Of a stretch of 64,000 bases of DNA, positions 38,895 through 48,600 are shown one piece after another; positions within the stretch are counted from its first letter, which is position 1, and each line of letters opens with the position of its first letter. The DNA lies in contig JAKLGH010000001.1 of NCBI GenBank assembly GCA_022710775.1, positions 134,522 to 198,521 on the forward strand. Reading direction: 5' to 3'. Position numbers and translations under genes: made by a program. The notes beneath the pieces are model-generated. The model ran no database searches. It worked only from the letters and a program-made list of their open reading frames with translations, and was not told where the DNA came from. The stretch is from Patescibacteria group bacterium (GTDB taxonomy: Bacteria; Patescibacteriota; Minisyncoccia; Minisyncoccales; UBA5738).

Positions 38895-39825
38895 CGTTCC
38901 ACCAGCATTGTTTTCTTTCCCCCTTGTCCGATTTTTTCAGCCATTCGGCAACCCGTAAAAAGGCCGGGCCGCGAGCGCAAAGACTGTCGGAGAGCATGAA
39001 AGACTTATATCCCATCGCCTGAAGCAGGCGGTAATGGCTCAAGTCGCTCAATGCCGGCCTGTCCTGGTATTGCAGCGACATAAACAAGCGCGACGCGGCG
39101 ATCGCTTTCGGATCCGCATCGACGATCCGGTAAAGAGCATCGAGCATTTCGTCCTCTTGCCCGATGTTGATATAAAGGTCGTCGCATGCCGCCAGCAGCC
39201 TTACTTCTCGATTGTATGAAGGATAGATTTCGCGGACAAAATCCAGGCCCTTAGGCGTTTCGATCTTAGCCGCGATTATGGCTTTCGGATCAAGGTCAAA
39301 AACCGACGCGATGTCGCTTTCCTTTTCGACGTACGAAAGCATGAACCGGTGGATTCCCATAGCATTTCCGGCTTCAATGAATTCAGTATCAGCTTTTGTA
39401 AGATAACTATCTAAAATCAGCTCCTCGGTTCTGATATTGGCCGCCTGGCCCTGGCCGATCACTTTGCCCGGCACCGGGTCAACGAAAATCTCGTTGCCGT
39501 CGTAAGCCGCGATATCAAGCCATTCGTCTTCGTGGCGAAACAAAATTTTTGCCGGTAAACCCAATTTGATTATTTTGTGATTCAAAATGATCTGGCCGGC
39601 GGGCGGGAGCGACCAGCGCTCAACGCGCAATTGGCCGCCTTTCAGGTCAAGCCACAATTCTTTGGAACCCGCGGCCGCCAGAACCCGCTTGACGGTTTCT
39701 TGCGGACTCCAGGGCGTGTGGCATCCGATGTTATAGCGAAGCCCACCGATAACCGGCTCTTCAGCCACTGCCTTTATCTGTCTGGCAAAAGGCGCCGGCA
39801 AAGTGGCGTACCACAAATCCATCAC
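38857..39825 (-). CDS. pyruvate kinase-like (PK/HpcH TIM-barrel) protein without the PK C-terminal domain; overlaps the purA-like gene by 38 nt
   Basis: ..RYNIGCHT.. (PK NFSHG); ..WLDLKGGQLRV.. (PK LDTKGPEIRTG); ..IIAAKIETPKGLDFVREI.. (IISKIEN.EGV.N.DEI); ..LLAACDDLYINIG.. (MVARGDLGIEIP). Confidence 0.6.
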   Translation of the reverse strand: MMDLWYATLPAPFARQIKAVAEEPVIGGLRYNIGCHTPWSPQETVKRVLAAAGSKELWLDLKGGQLRVERWSLPPAGQIILNHKIIKLGLPAKILFRHEDEWLDIAAYDGNEIFVDPVPGKVIGQGQAANIRTEELILDSYLTKADTEFIEAGNAMGIHRFMLSYVEKESDIASVFDLDPKAIIAAKIETPKGLDFVREIYPSYNREVRLLAACDDLYINIGQEDEMLDALYRIVDADPKAIAASRLFMSLQYQDRPALSDLSHYRLLQAMGYKSFMLSDSLCARGPAFLRVAEWLKKSDKGERKQCWWNDVRDHIKRFGFR

Positions 39826-39863
39826 CTCCCGTTAATGAAAAAAGAAGCCTCATGGCTTCTTTG

Positions 39864-40829
39864 TTACAGCCTTTGGCCGGGACTGCTCCTTTGCTTTGCT
39901 TCTTTGTGTCCGTCGTCTGAAGGCACGCTTGCCGCTTCTCGAACCAGGATCTTGCTCAAATTTTGAAGCGCCAGGCATACTTCCGCTCGCCGCTCCGGAT
40001 CCTGGTCGCGATCTTTCATCTCCTGATCGTACTGCTCCAGCGTCCGCCCCGAATGCAGGGCAACCACTCCCAAAATGTAGTCAACCACGGCGTTGGGAGT
40101 TTCAAGCCGTAGCACATGTTCATCTCCAAGCGCGGCAGACCATAGGGCAACGATCTCGGCGTCGATGTCGCTGTCGCCATAACGGCGGTGAACCAGATAG
40201 GTATTAAACTTTTCCGAAAGCTGGCGGAAAACCTCCATGGAATCGGTTTCTTTTGCCTTGCCGCCGATATATTGCGCTACCTGCGTTGGCGATACTTGCG
40301 GATAGAATCCTTCGTCGGCGAAAAAGAACACGAATGATCTTTTTGGCTCCCTTGTTTCGACGTTATTCACCAGATAATGAGCCGCCAACTCGTAGGACTC
40401 CTGCCAGCCGCCGCCGCCGCTTCTCGGCTGGCGATACAACTTGAGTAATTCGCCTATGCCCGCTCCACCCCGAGCCAAACCGGCCACTTGCAACGGATAC
40501 TTGTCGCTATGGGCATCGTTCACGCTGCCCACGCAAACCAGCACGCTGCCAAGATACATCTCAAGCTCCCGCCAAAGCACAGCCCATTTATCGCGAATGA
40601 TATAGGCATCGTTACCCATCGAGCCGGTGTAATCGATGATGATAATAACAACGGTCTCGCCGATTTCGATCACTATTATCCGGTTCTTAGGAATAACGCT
40701 TACATCCGGCTCCATGCGTTCGCTCATTTCCCTTTGGGACTCTGCCGAAAATGCGCGGCCGGTATCATCTCTAGTAAAAGGCGTACTGCTTCTGGAACGC
40801 ACGCCTTCTTCACAACCTGGACTGCTCAT
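39864..40829 (-). CDS. von Willebrand factor A (vWA) domain protein (start probably internal, ~40727)
   Basis: MIDAS motif IIIDYTGSMGND (DxTGS), vWA-like beta-alpha pattern. Confidence 0.65.
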   Translation of the reverse strand: MSSPGCEEGVRSRSSTPFTRDDTGRAFSAESQREMSERMEPDVSVIPKNRIIVIEIGETVVIIIIDYTGSMGNDAYIIRDKWAVLWRELEMYLGSVLVCVGSVNDAHSDKYPLQVAGLARGGAGIGELLKLYRQPRSGGGGWQESYELAAHYLVNNVETREPKRSFVFFFADEGFYPQVSPTQVAQYIGGKAKETDSMEVFRQLSEKFNTYLVHRRYGDSDIDAEIVALWSAALGDEHVLRLETPNAVVDYILGVVALHSGRTLEQYDQEMKDRDQDPERRAEVCLALQNLSKILVREAASVPSDDGHKEAKQRSSPGQRL

Positions 40830-40921
40830 TTCTTCACCTTCCTTTTTAAAGTACTTGTGTCGCGATTTTTCGCAACCCGCTGCCCCTAATCCGCTTATGG
40901 CCAGCGGGTTGTTAAAAATTA

Positions 40922-40960
40922 CGCGGGGGAAGTTTTTTCACGAAACTTCCCCCGCGTTTC
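40922..40960. terminator. strong hairpin (13-bp stem cgcgggggaagtt/aacttcccccgcg) 3' of the J-domain/kinase-like gene, preceded by a second stem-loop (caacccgctg...cagcgggttg, ~40870-40915)
   Basis: perfect 13-bp stem, followed by ttt. Confidence 0.55.
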
Positions 40961-40961
40961 C

Positions 40962-42059
40962 CTAATCAACCGCGAAATATTCACAGCTATGCCGGGAGCC
41001 GAATAATTTTAAGCGCAAGTCCGACCAACGGTACCACGCGTCCCAAGCATCGCCTTCCCGCGAATCGGGATTGGTGGATACCAAAGCGGCTAAAAAATCA
41101 ACGATCTCTGGTTTAACCGCCGCCGGCATTTGGCCGGTAGCCGGATCGCCGCCCAAAGCAAAGATCAAACATTTGCCGAAAGCAAAAAGGTCGGTTTTTG
41201 GATCCAAAGGCGCCTCTTTGCTGATTTCAGGCGCGCCGTATATTTCGGATTTGAAACCGTAGCGGCCGCCCGATTTCTTTACGGACCAGCCAAAGCCAAC
41301 CAGATACACGTTATGGCTTTGAGGTTTGACAACCAGGTGCGCCGGCGTAAGATTGCCGTGCAGTCTCCCCAGAGAATGGAGTTCGCCGATCGTGAAAAAT
41401 CCCCGATCCGCGATCCAAGCCACGTGCTCCTGGGGAATGCCGTTTTGGTAACGCGGCATGGCTCGGAGCGAAACCAGGTCAAAACCGTCGATCAACTCCT
41501 CCACCAAGACCACCGATCCCTCTTTGGTCATGAACACGTCGATAAGTTTCGGTAGCTGGTAATGCCTTACGTTTTCCAAAACCTCTCTTTCGACCAGCAA
41601 GCGTTCGTTAGCCTCCGGGCCGTTGGCCACTTTTATGCACGCATTGTCGTCCTCGGCTCCATCCATCCGCGCCGCGTAAACCAACGAATTGTCGCCCCGC
41701 GCCAGCAGTTTGCTGATGGCGTATCTGCGGTTTGAGGTTTCAATCGGCTCAAAATACGGCAGGTCATGGCTTTCCGGATCAGGCAGGCCGTAGGTTCCAA
41801 GCTGGACCTTTTTCTCCGCCTCGGCGTAGAAATAAACGATCATATTGGCAATTTCGGCGGCTACGTCAAGAAATTCCTCGCTTTCCCCGGAATTGGCTTC
41901 CGGGTGGTAAAGATACAAAAGATTCGCGTATGCCTTTTTTAAACTTTCCAGGTTTTTTGCCGTTGTATCGCCCGCCAGTTCGCCGAAAAATTGTTCCGGC
42001 GTTCTGCATTTGACCGCCTTTTGGCGGAAGGCTTTAATTTGCTCCAGGCTGACAGCCAT
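40962..42059 (-). CDS. J-domain-like (HPE) + protein-kinase-fold protein with degenerate catalytic motifs (putative pseudokinase)
   Basis: N-terminal ..LKKAYANLLYLYHPEANSGESEEF.. (J-domain helix II/III, HPD->HPE); kinase fold: gly-rich loop LARGDNSLVY, VAIK-like ACIKV; catalytic loop HGNLTPAHLV (HRD...N: D->N) and DFG->GFG. Confidence 0.6.
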   Translation of the reverse strand: MAVSLEQIKAFRQKAVKCRTPEQFFGELAGDTTAKNLESLKKAYANLLYLYHPEANSGESEEFLDVAAEIANMIVYFYAEAEKKVQLGTYGLPDPESHDLPYFEPIETSNRRYAISKLLARGDNSLVYAARMDGAEDDNACIKVANGPEANERLLVEREVLENVRHYQLPKLIDVFMTKEGSVVLVEELIDGFDLVSLRAMPRYQNGIPQEHVAWIADRGFFTIGELHSLGRLHGNLTPAHLVVKPQSHNVYLVGFGWSVKKSGGRYGFKSEIYGAPEISKEAPLDPKTDLFAFGKCLIFALGGDPATGQMPAAVKPEIVDFLAALVSTNPDSREGDAWDAWYRWSDLRLKLFGSRHSCEYFAVD

Positions 42060-42144
42060 TTTATTCCTCCTTTATATTTAATGAGCTGAAACTTTAGGCT
42101 TCAAAATACCCCATACCCTCGATTTTGTCAATAAAAATCAAGCC

Positions 42145-42177
42145 GCAAAAAAACCGGATTGCTTGTTTCCGGTTTTT
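42145..42177. terminator. bidirectional terminator (aaaccgga-ttgcttgtt-tccggttttt)
   Basis: 3' of small gene 42177..42365. Confidence 0.55.
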
Positions 42178-42365
42178 CAAATTCGAGCTTGGCCGCTATC
42201 CGGCCTGCTTTGTTTTAAAGCATTTATCTTTCTTTTCAAAGTCAACACGTTTCTTCCGGTCTCCTCGCCAAACACATCAGCAAATTCCAAAAGGATCTCG
42301 ATCAATTCATCGCTCGCCCCGTGCTGGTCTTCCAAAGCCTTGACCCTCTCAATAAGATGTTGCAT
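42177..42365 (-). CDS. small hypothetical protein (62 aa)
   Basis: ORF only; lies between the P-array and the kinase-like gene. Confidence 0.35.
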   Translation of the reverse strand: MQHLIERVKALEDQHGASDELIEILLEFADVFGEETGRNVLTLKRKINALKQSRPDSGQARI

Positions 42366-42439
42366 TCAATCTCTCCATCAAAAAATTAAGGAACTGGATT
42401 CAAACTAGTATTGCGAAAACAAAATGTCAATACTTGGAA

Positions 42440-45400
42440 CTATTGTTCTTCCCAATCCGGAATGGACTTTTTTACCATTATGTTTTTCTCCAGCGAACAG
42501 GTATAGCCGCTGGAATCCGTAACCGTGAGCTTGGTCGTATAGTTGCCCTTGACCGGGTAAACAACCGTAAAAGTCTCAGCCACGGAAGTGTTTGGTACCG
42601 CGCCCTGGATAACCCAGGACCGGGAAGCGAACGTTGCTCCGCCGAAAACTTGCGTGTCATCGGTGTATGTCACTATATCATCCACTTTTGGATCGGCAGG
42701 GCTTAAACTGAAATCAACCGACGGATATCCGTGGAGCGGGGTCGTAAAGCCCGTTCCGGTGATCCAGCCGGATTCTTGGCCTTGGCTATCCCAAACCTTA
42801 AGGCGCCAGTAATATGCGGTATCATATTGAAGTTTTGAAGCCAGTGTTGCGTAGCTATTAGATGACGAAATTATTTTTCCCGAATCGTCGGCCGGCGATG
42901 AAAAATCGGGATCGTCGTCAACTTGCACCTGGCAGTGAGCCTGGGGATTGTTTTCAGGATCGGAGTAATTCCAGGAAAAAATAGTAGCCAAGCCGCTGGC
43001 GCAAAAATCGTTTTGAAAAACCAAAGTATCGGCGGCTGGCGGATCATTGCTCACGCTAACAGTAACCGTAGCGCTTTCGCTGGCTGCCAGGCTTTCCCGC
43101 TCAACGATCATTTTCGGAACGTAAAGGCCAGCCGCGGCGTAGGTATGATTAAGCGTTTTTACGGCGGCGCTGGAGCCGTCCTCTTTGTCGTCCCAAGCCC
43201 CGCAGGCAATAAGGCAGCCTGCTACGGTCGAACAGCTGTCGTTGCAATCGAACCAAACGGTGTAATTAATGGTACCGGCGGCAGTGCCGGATACCGTACC
43301 CGTTAAAACTACATTTAACGGAGCTGACCCAGAATCAGGAGCGGCAACAACATCAACCGATAACGTTGCCGGGCCGCCGCCGGAAACAACAGTTACAGTA
43401 TCGGTGTCGGAAGCGGTCAGGCTCGCCCGCTCCACAACGATCTTGGGAGTATAAACTCCGATGGCGGCGTAGGTATGATTAAGCGTTTTTACGGCGGCGC
43501 TGGAGCCGTCCTCTTTGTCGTCCCAAGCTCCGCAGGCAATAAGGCAGTCGGCTACGGTCGAACAGCTGTCGTTGCAATCAAACCAAGCGGTGTAATTAAT
43601 GGTACCGGCGGCAGTGCCGGACACCGTGGCCGCAAGAATAGTGGCAAGCGGAGCGTTGCCGGAAAACGGAGCCGCGGCAATATCAACCAATAACGTTGAA
43701 GCCGGGGAAACGGTAACCGTATCGCTTCCGAAGGCAACCATCGATCCGCGCTCCACGATGATCTTAGGCAGGTAAGTACCGGCGGCTGCGTAAGTATGGA
43801 CATAGCTTTTCACAGTATCGTTGGAACCGTCGTCTTTTGCGTTCCAAACGCCGCAATCAGCCACGCAGCCAACTACCGTCGAACAAGCGCTGTTACAATC
43901 ATACCAGACAGTGTAATTAACGGTTCCCGCGATATTGCCCGAAACCGTAGCGGTAATAGTCGTATCCAATGGCGCATTGCCGTGATCCGGACTAACGGCA
44001 ACCGCCACGTTCAGCGTTTTCGGACAGCTGGAACTCGCTACGCATTGGGATTCCGAAAGGCAGCCGCTGGGAGCGCAAGTCCGGTTTTGGCGCATTTGAT
44101 CCGCGGCGCAACTGCCCAAACCGCAATCGTCGTCGGCCCAAGCGGTGCAAACGCAGCATGTAGGATCGGCTACGCATTGGGTTTCAGCAAGACAAGCGGC
44201 CGGATTGCAAGTCCGGGTCTGCAATTTTTGCAAAAGCGTGCATCCGCCCGTACCGCAAGTTCCGGCGGTGCTCCACGATCCGCAGGAACAGGCAGAAACC
44301 GAAGACCTCGCTTCAGCAGTTAGACCTTCTCGCTCAATGAGGACTTTCGGCGTAGCGCTAGCAGTATATGTCGTCAATATCGAATAAGTCGCCGAAGCGT
44401 TATTGAGCGACTGATGGTCGGGTGCCTGGCAAGCGGCTTGGCAAGCGGATAAAGTGGAACAGGTATCGTTGCAATTCCACCAAAAATAGTAATTCAAAGT
44501 TCCTTGAGCGTTGCCCGAAGCTGTCGCGGTCAGCATGCTGGACAAAGGCGAGTTGCCCGATGAAGGACTAACGCTCAAGGACGCCGATAAATTTATACAG
44601 GAATTATCGGCAACGCATTGGCTCGCCGATTGGCAGCCGGCCGGATTACAAACCCGGGTCTGATTGCGCTGGCGCAAACTGCAAGTTCCTCCGCCGCAAG
44701 CTCCATTGGTCCACGAACCGCAGGAACAGCAGGTAGCGTCATTTACGCACTGGCCTTCGCTTTTACAGCCGGCCGGAGTGCAAGTCCTCGTTTGGTATCT
44801 TTTAGTATCTTGGCACGAACCTCCTCCGCATGCCTGGTTCGTCCAGGCGCCGCAAGTACAGGGTATATAGGATACTGTCGAATAAGCCGCTTGCCACGTA
44901 TAAGCCGATGTGGACGAATTCGGACCGCCGGCAATAATAAGCTTGCCGAAAGGATCCCAGCGCTGCATAATCCCGCGATAATAAACAACGAATCGGGCAT
45001 TCCCGGAAAATGACGCCGTCGGAAGCACAAAAGTCTTGTTATATGAAAATGAATTCACTTTGGAAACGCTTGAAGGACTGTAGGATCCCAGTTTGATTAT
45101 TTTAGTCGCGCCGCCGGTATTCACCGTATCGACTTCGTCGCAATAAGGAATTTTTGAACTGCCGCACCAGTCCTGGATCTTGCCGCAACAGGAAGAACAC
45201 GGGCTCCATTTACAACCTGGCCATTTTAAAGGACAAGGCACGGACGGAGAAAGTGTCGGACAGGATCCGGCCGTCGAGCAGCTGTACATCAAACAGCTTT
45301 CCTGATCGTAATATTCATCGTTGCAAGCATCGATCAAAGGCACTTTGGCGTCTTCCATCATATAAAATTCCATTATACCGCCGCTCCAGCCCGCCGTGTA

Positions 45401-45613
45401 TCCTGAAGCCGCAACGTTTGACTTTACCGTCCCCGAAAAGGTTACTGTCTGTCCGTCGGTATAGGATCCGCTGACCGGACTTGTCGGCACTATCGTAGAA
45501 CCCCAATTACCGCAGCTCATCACGTTTGTCACCGCCGCGAATGACAGATCGGGAGCGACCCAAAAAATAGCAACGAATGCCAAAAATGCGGCAGATATGT
45601 TTTTTTTGGTCAT
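42440..45613 (-). CDS. giant secreted surface-protein paralog P1 (1057 aa): signal peptide, four Cys-rich TSP1-like repeats, three tandem PKD-like modules, FN3-like domain, C-terminal PKD domain ending ..SIPDWEEQ
   Basis: signal peptide MTKKNISAAFLAFVAIFWVAPDLSFA; repeats CxCxxWxxxxCGxGxCxxxQxxQTRxCxPxxCxxxxQCVxDxxC; C-terminal ~95 aa shared with P2-P5. Confidence 0.8.
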   Translation of the reverse strand: MTKKNISAAFLAFVAIFWVAPDLSFAAVTNVMSCGNWGSTIVPTSPVSGSYTDGQTVTFSGTVKSNVAASGYTAGWSGGIMEFYMMEDAKVPLIDACNDEYYDQESCLMYSCSTAGSCPTLSPSVPCPLKWPGCKWSPCSSCCGKIQDWCGSSKIPYCDEVDTVNTGGATKIIKLGSYSPSSVSKVNSFSYNKTFVLPTASFSGNARFVVYYRGIMQRWDPFGKLIIAGGPNSSTSAYTWQAAYSTVSYIPCTCGAWTNQACGGGSCQDTKRYQTRTCTPAGCKSEGQCVNDATCCSCGSWTNGACGGGTCSLRQRNQTRVCNPAGCQSASQCVADNSCINLSASLSVSPSSGNSPLSSMLTATASGNAQGTLNYYFWWNCNDTCSTLSACQAACQAPDHQSLNNASATYSILTTYTASATPKVLIEREGLTAEARSSVSACSCGSWSTAGTCGTGGCTLLQKLQTRTCNPAACLAETQCVADPTCCVCTAWADDDCGLGSCAADQMRQNRTCAPSGCLSESQCVASSSCPKTLNVAVAVSPDHGNAPLDTTITATVSGNIAGTVNYTVWYDCNSACSTVVGCVADCGVWNAKDDGSNDTVKSYVHTYAAAGTYLPKIIVERGSMVAFGSDTVTVSPASTLLVDIAAAPFSGNAPLATILAATVSGTAAGTINYTAWFDCNDSCSTVADCLIACGAWDDKEDGSSAAVKTLNHTYAAIGVYTPKIVVERASLTASDTDTVTVVSGGGPATLSVDVVAAPDSGSAPLNVVLTGTVSGTAAGTINYTVWFDCNDSCSTVAGCLIACGAWDDKEDGSSAAVKTLNHTYAAAGLYVPKMIVERESLAASESATVTVSVSNDPPAADTLVFQNDFCASGLATIFSWNYSDPENNPQAHCQVQVDDDPDFSSPADDSGKIISSSNSYATLASKLQYDTAYYWRLKVWDSQGQESGWITGTGFTTPLHGYPSVDFSLSPADPKVDDIVTYTDDTQVFGGATFASRSWVIQGAVPNTSVAETFTVVYPVKGNYTTKLTVTDSSGYTCSLEKNIMVKKSIPDWEEQ
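43070..44010 (-). repeat. intragenic tandem repeat in P1, period ~330 bp, three PKD-like modules (two copies share an identical ~100-bp core at 43141 and 43471)
   Basis: aggtatgattaagcgtttttacggcggcgctggagccgtcctctttgtcgtcccaagc occurs twice. Confidence 0.7.
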
Positions 45614-45649
45614 AAAAACCTTTCTTTTTCAGCCTCGATTATAGGCATA

Positions 45650-48600
45650 CTACAATTCCTCCCAATCCGGCAGGCTGCTGTTCACGGTAATATCCTTTTG
45701 AAGCGAACAGGTATAGCCGTTGGAATCGGTAACCGTAAGCTTGGTAACGTAATCTCCTTTAACGGCGTAGGTAACGGCCGGAGATTCCGCAACGGAGGTG
45801 TTCGGATTAGCGCCATCGATCTCCCAGGAGCGCGAAACGATCGTTGCCCCGCCGAATACTTGGGTTAGATCGGTATAGGTAATTAGTTCAGTTGCCTTGG
45901 GCGGAGCCGGAGTAGAACTGAAATCAATCGCCGGATAAGCGTGGAGCGGCGTTGAAAAATCAGGACCGTTAACCCAGCCGGAATCATTACCCCAGCTATC
46001 CCAAACTTTAACGCGCCAGTGGTAAACAATATCGTAACCAAGTTTTGAAGCCAAAGTTACGTAGCTCGTAGATGAAGCCGCCGCTTTGCCCGTGTCGTCG
46101 GCCGGAGAGGAAAAATCCGCATTATTATCAACCTGAACTTGGCGGAAAACCTGGGGGTCGTTTTCGGGATCCGAATAGGTCCAGGAAAACATGGTGGAAA
46201 GGCCGCTGCCGCAATAATCGGCCTGCTTCAACAAGGCAGTCGCCGACGGCGGACCGTTAATGGCAGTAACCGCCACTGTGCCGGCGGCGGCAAGGTTATG
46301 GCGCTCCACGATCATTTTGGGATGGAATGTTCCCGCGGCCGCGTAGGTATGGTTAATGGTACGGGTTACGGCGGCCTGGCCGTCGGCCTTGTCATCCCAG
46401 GCTCCGCAGGAGGCCTGGCAGGCGCTAACCGTGGCGCAGGGATCATCGCAATCCCACCAGGTAGTGTAATTGATGGTGCCGACCGCCGTGCCTCCCACCG
46501 TGCCGGTAATGGCTGTGGTTAACGGCGCTTGGGCGGAAACCGGACTGGCGGCCACGGAAACCGTAAGGGTCCGGGGACAAACCGCGCTGGCAACGCATTG
46601 TGATTCAATATTGCATCCGGATACGTTGCAGGTGCGGACCTGGCGCATCTGGTTAGCCGGACAGCCGCCCAATTCGCAATCATCATCGCTCCAAGCTCCG
46701 CAGACGCAACAAGCGATATCATTAACGCATTGGGTTTGGGCAAGGCAGTTGAGCGGGTTGCAAATTCTTGTTTGTTCCCGCTGCAGCGGGCCGCAGCTTC
46801 CCGCCCCGCAGGCCGCATTAGACCAGGCGCCGCAATCGCAATAGTTCACCAAAAAATCGAGGGCGCTATCGCCCGCCAGATCCCATGAGCGCTGGTCGGA
46901 ATACGAACATTTAACGAATTTGTTCTGGCCCGCAACCTGATATTCGTAAGTGGCCGCGTTAGTATGGCAAGTATTGTTTGAAACACCGTGGATGAAATTA
47001 TATCCGGCCGGCAATCCCGAAGATATCCGGACGCAGTAGCTGTCGCCCAAGAAAATCGATTTTGCCCAATTGCCGGATGAATCCGTAGTCGCGGTTCCCG
47101 CGCCGCACAGATCAAGCACGGCATTCGGTATGCCGTTCCCTTTTTCGTCCTTGACGCTGCCGCCGATCGTTACCGGCTGCTTAACCGCAACCAGCACGTT
47201 GGGCGTGTAATCGCCAAACCATTCTTTTCCTTCCTGAATCATGCGCCATCGGAAATTATAATTTCCGGGAGTTACGGGAGCCGTAACATTAAATGAAAAT
47301 GTTTTGGAACTATTGGTCGAGACATCGCTTCCTACGCTTACCCGCGATAGACCCCAAGTGGTATTATCCTGCGGGTTCTGGGATCCTAAATTGTAATTTT
47401 TTGCCGTAGTCCAAGTGGTGTATCCGTTATTCTTCATCGTAATGGATATAGGATAGGTTTGCCCAACCGTCATAGTAGCCGGAACTGTCTGGCTGATATA
47501 TTGAGCATTGTTTCCCAACCGCTGGTAAGCAATAACCCAGCACCGCGAATTTTCCATGTAACTTGCGTCCATTGCGTCTGGATGCCACCTTTTGTATGTT
47601 CCTAGAAGCTCGATCCAAAAACGAACTCCATTGGATGTATCGAATCCGGTCGGTATGTCAAAAGTTTTATTCCATTGCGGGCTGCCTTGCAAACCATAAG
47701 GACCAACTGAGCCTAAAAGCGTAATCGGCTGACTAGCGGTGTTTAAACATCTTCGGCCGCCGCAATTATAAGTTGGAATATCCACATCCGAAGAAATGAA
47801 AAATTTAATGCTGGATATCAAATATCCTCCGCCATAAGGAGTATAGTTATGCCACAATCCTCCTCTAAAATTAACTGTTGGAGCGGATGGGCCAAGCGGA
47901 CTAGACCAAGACATCGAATCAATTGAGTATTCCGTAACGATGGTATAAGCGCTGGCTGATTGAGCGAAAAAAATCCCCGAGAGCGTAAAAAAGATTGGAA
48001 AAAATATCCAAACCATATTCCTGGAACGGTACTTCCAAACCAGAAACAAAATAAGGATAATTGCGATAAATATCGTTATCCATAAAAATACGGATTCATC
48101 CTTTTTTTCCTCAACCTCCTCGAACGCAATCGGATCCGTTTTAACATCTGCCGCTATCTCTGCCGGTTTTCCCGCTTCGTACTCGGAAAGCGTAACTCCG
48201 CCTTTGGCAATTTTAACTGAGACCAGCGGCGATGCAAAGTCTTTGTTTACGGATATGCTCCGTTCAAAAACATCGTCCTCCAGCGAACCCGAACCGTTTT
48301 CCGTTGCTATAATTTCTCCATCATCGATTATCTTGGCAGATATATCGATATCGATACCGTCTTGCACATATGTTTTCGAACCCTCCAAAGCAACCCGCAA
48401 AATAGCTGTTTCTCCGGCTAAATAGCTGGATTTATCAAGGCTTACGTCAAGAATATCCATAAAAGACGCCCCAATTTTTTCTTTGGCGATATAGCGGCCG
48501 GTTATAATATTTGACGCCGGACTTAAAGTCTTCGAATCAAAGAGCTGAATTGTGGCATTGTATATTCCCGGTTCTTTGATTTCTGGAAGTAGCAGTTCCA

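Noticed and set aside
38857-39825. HpcH/HpaI aldolase or citrate-lyase beta assignment for the TIM-barrel protein
   Set aside because: The motif order (N.SHG-like, LD.KG...R, IE...G....EI, GDL-like) fits the pyruvate kinase barrel better. Still low confidence.
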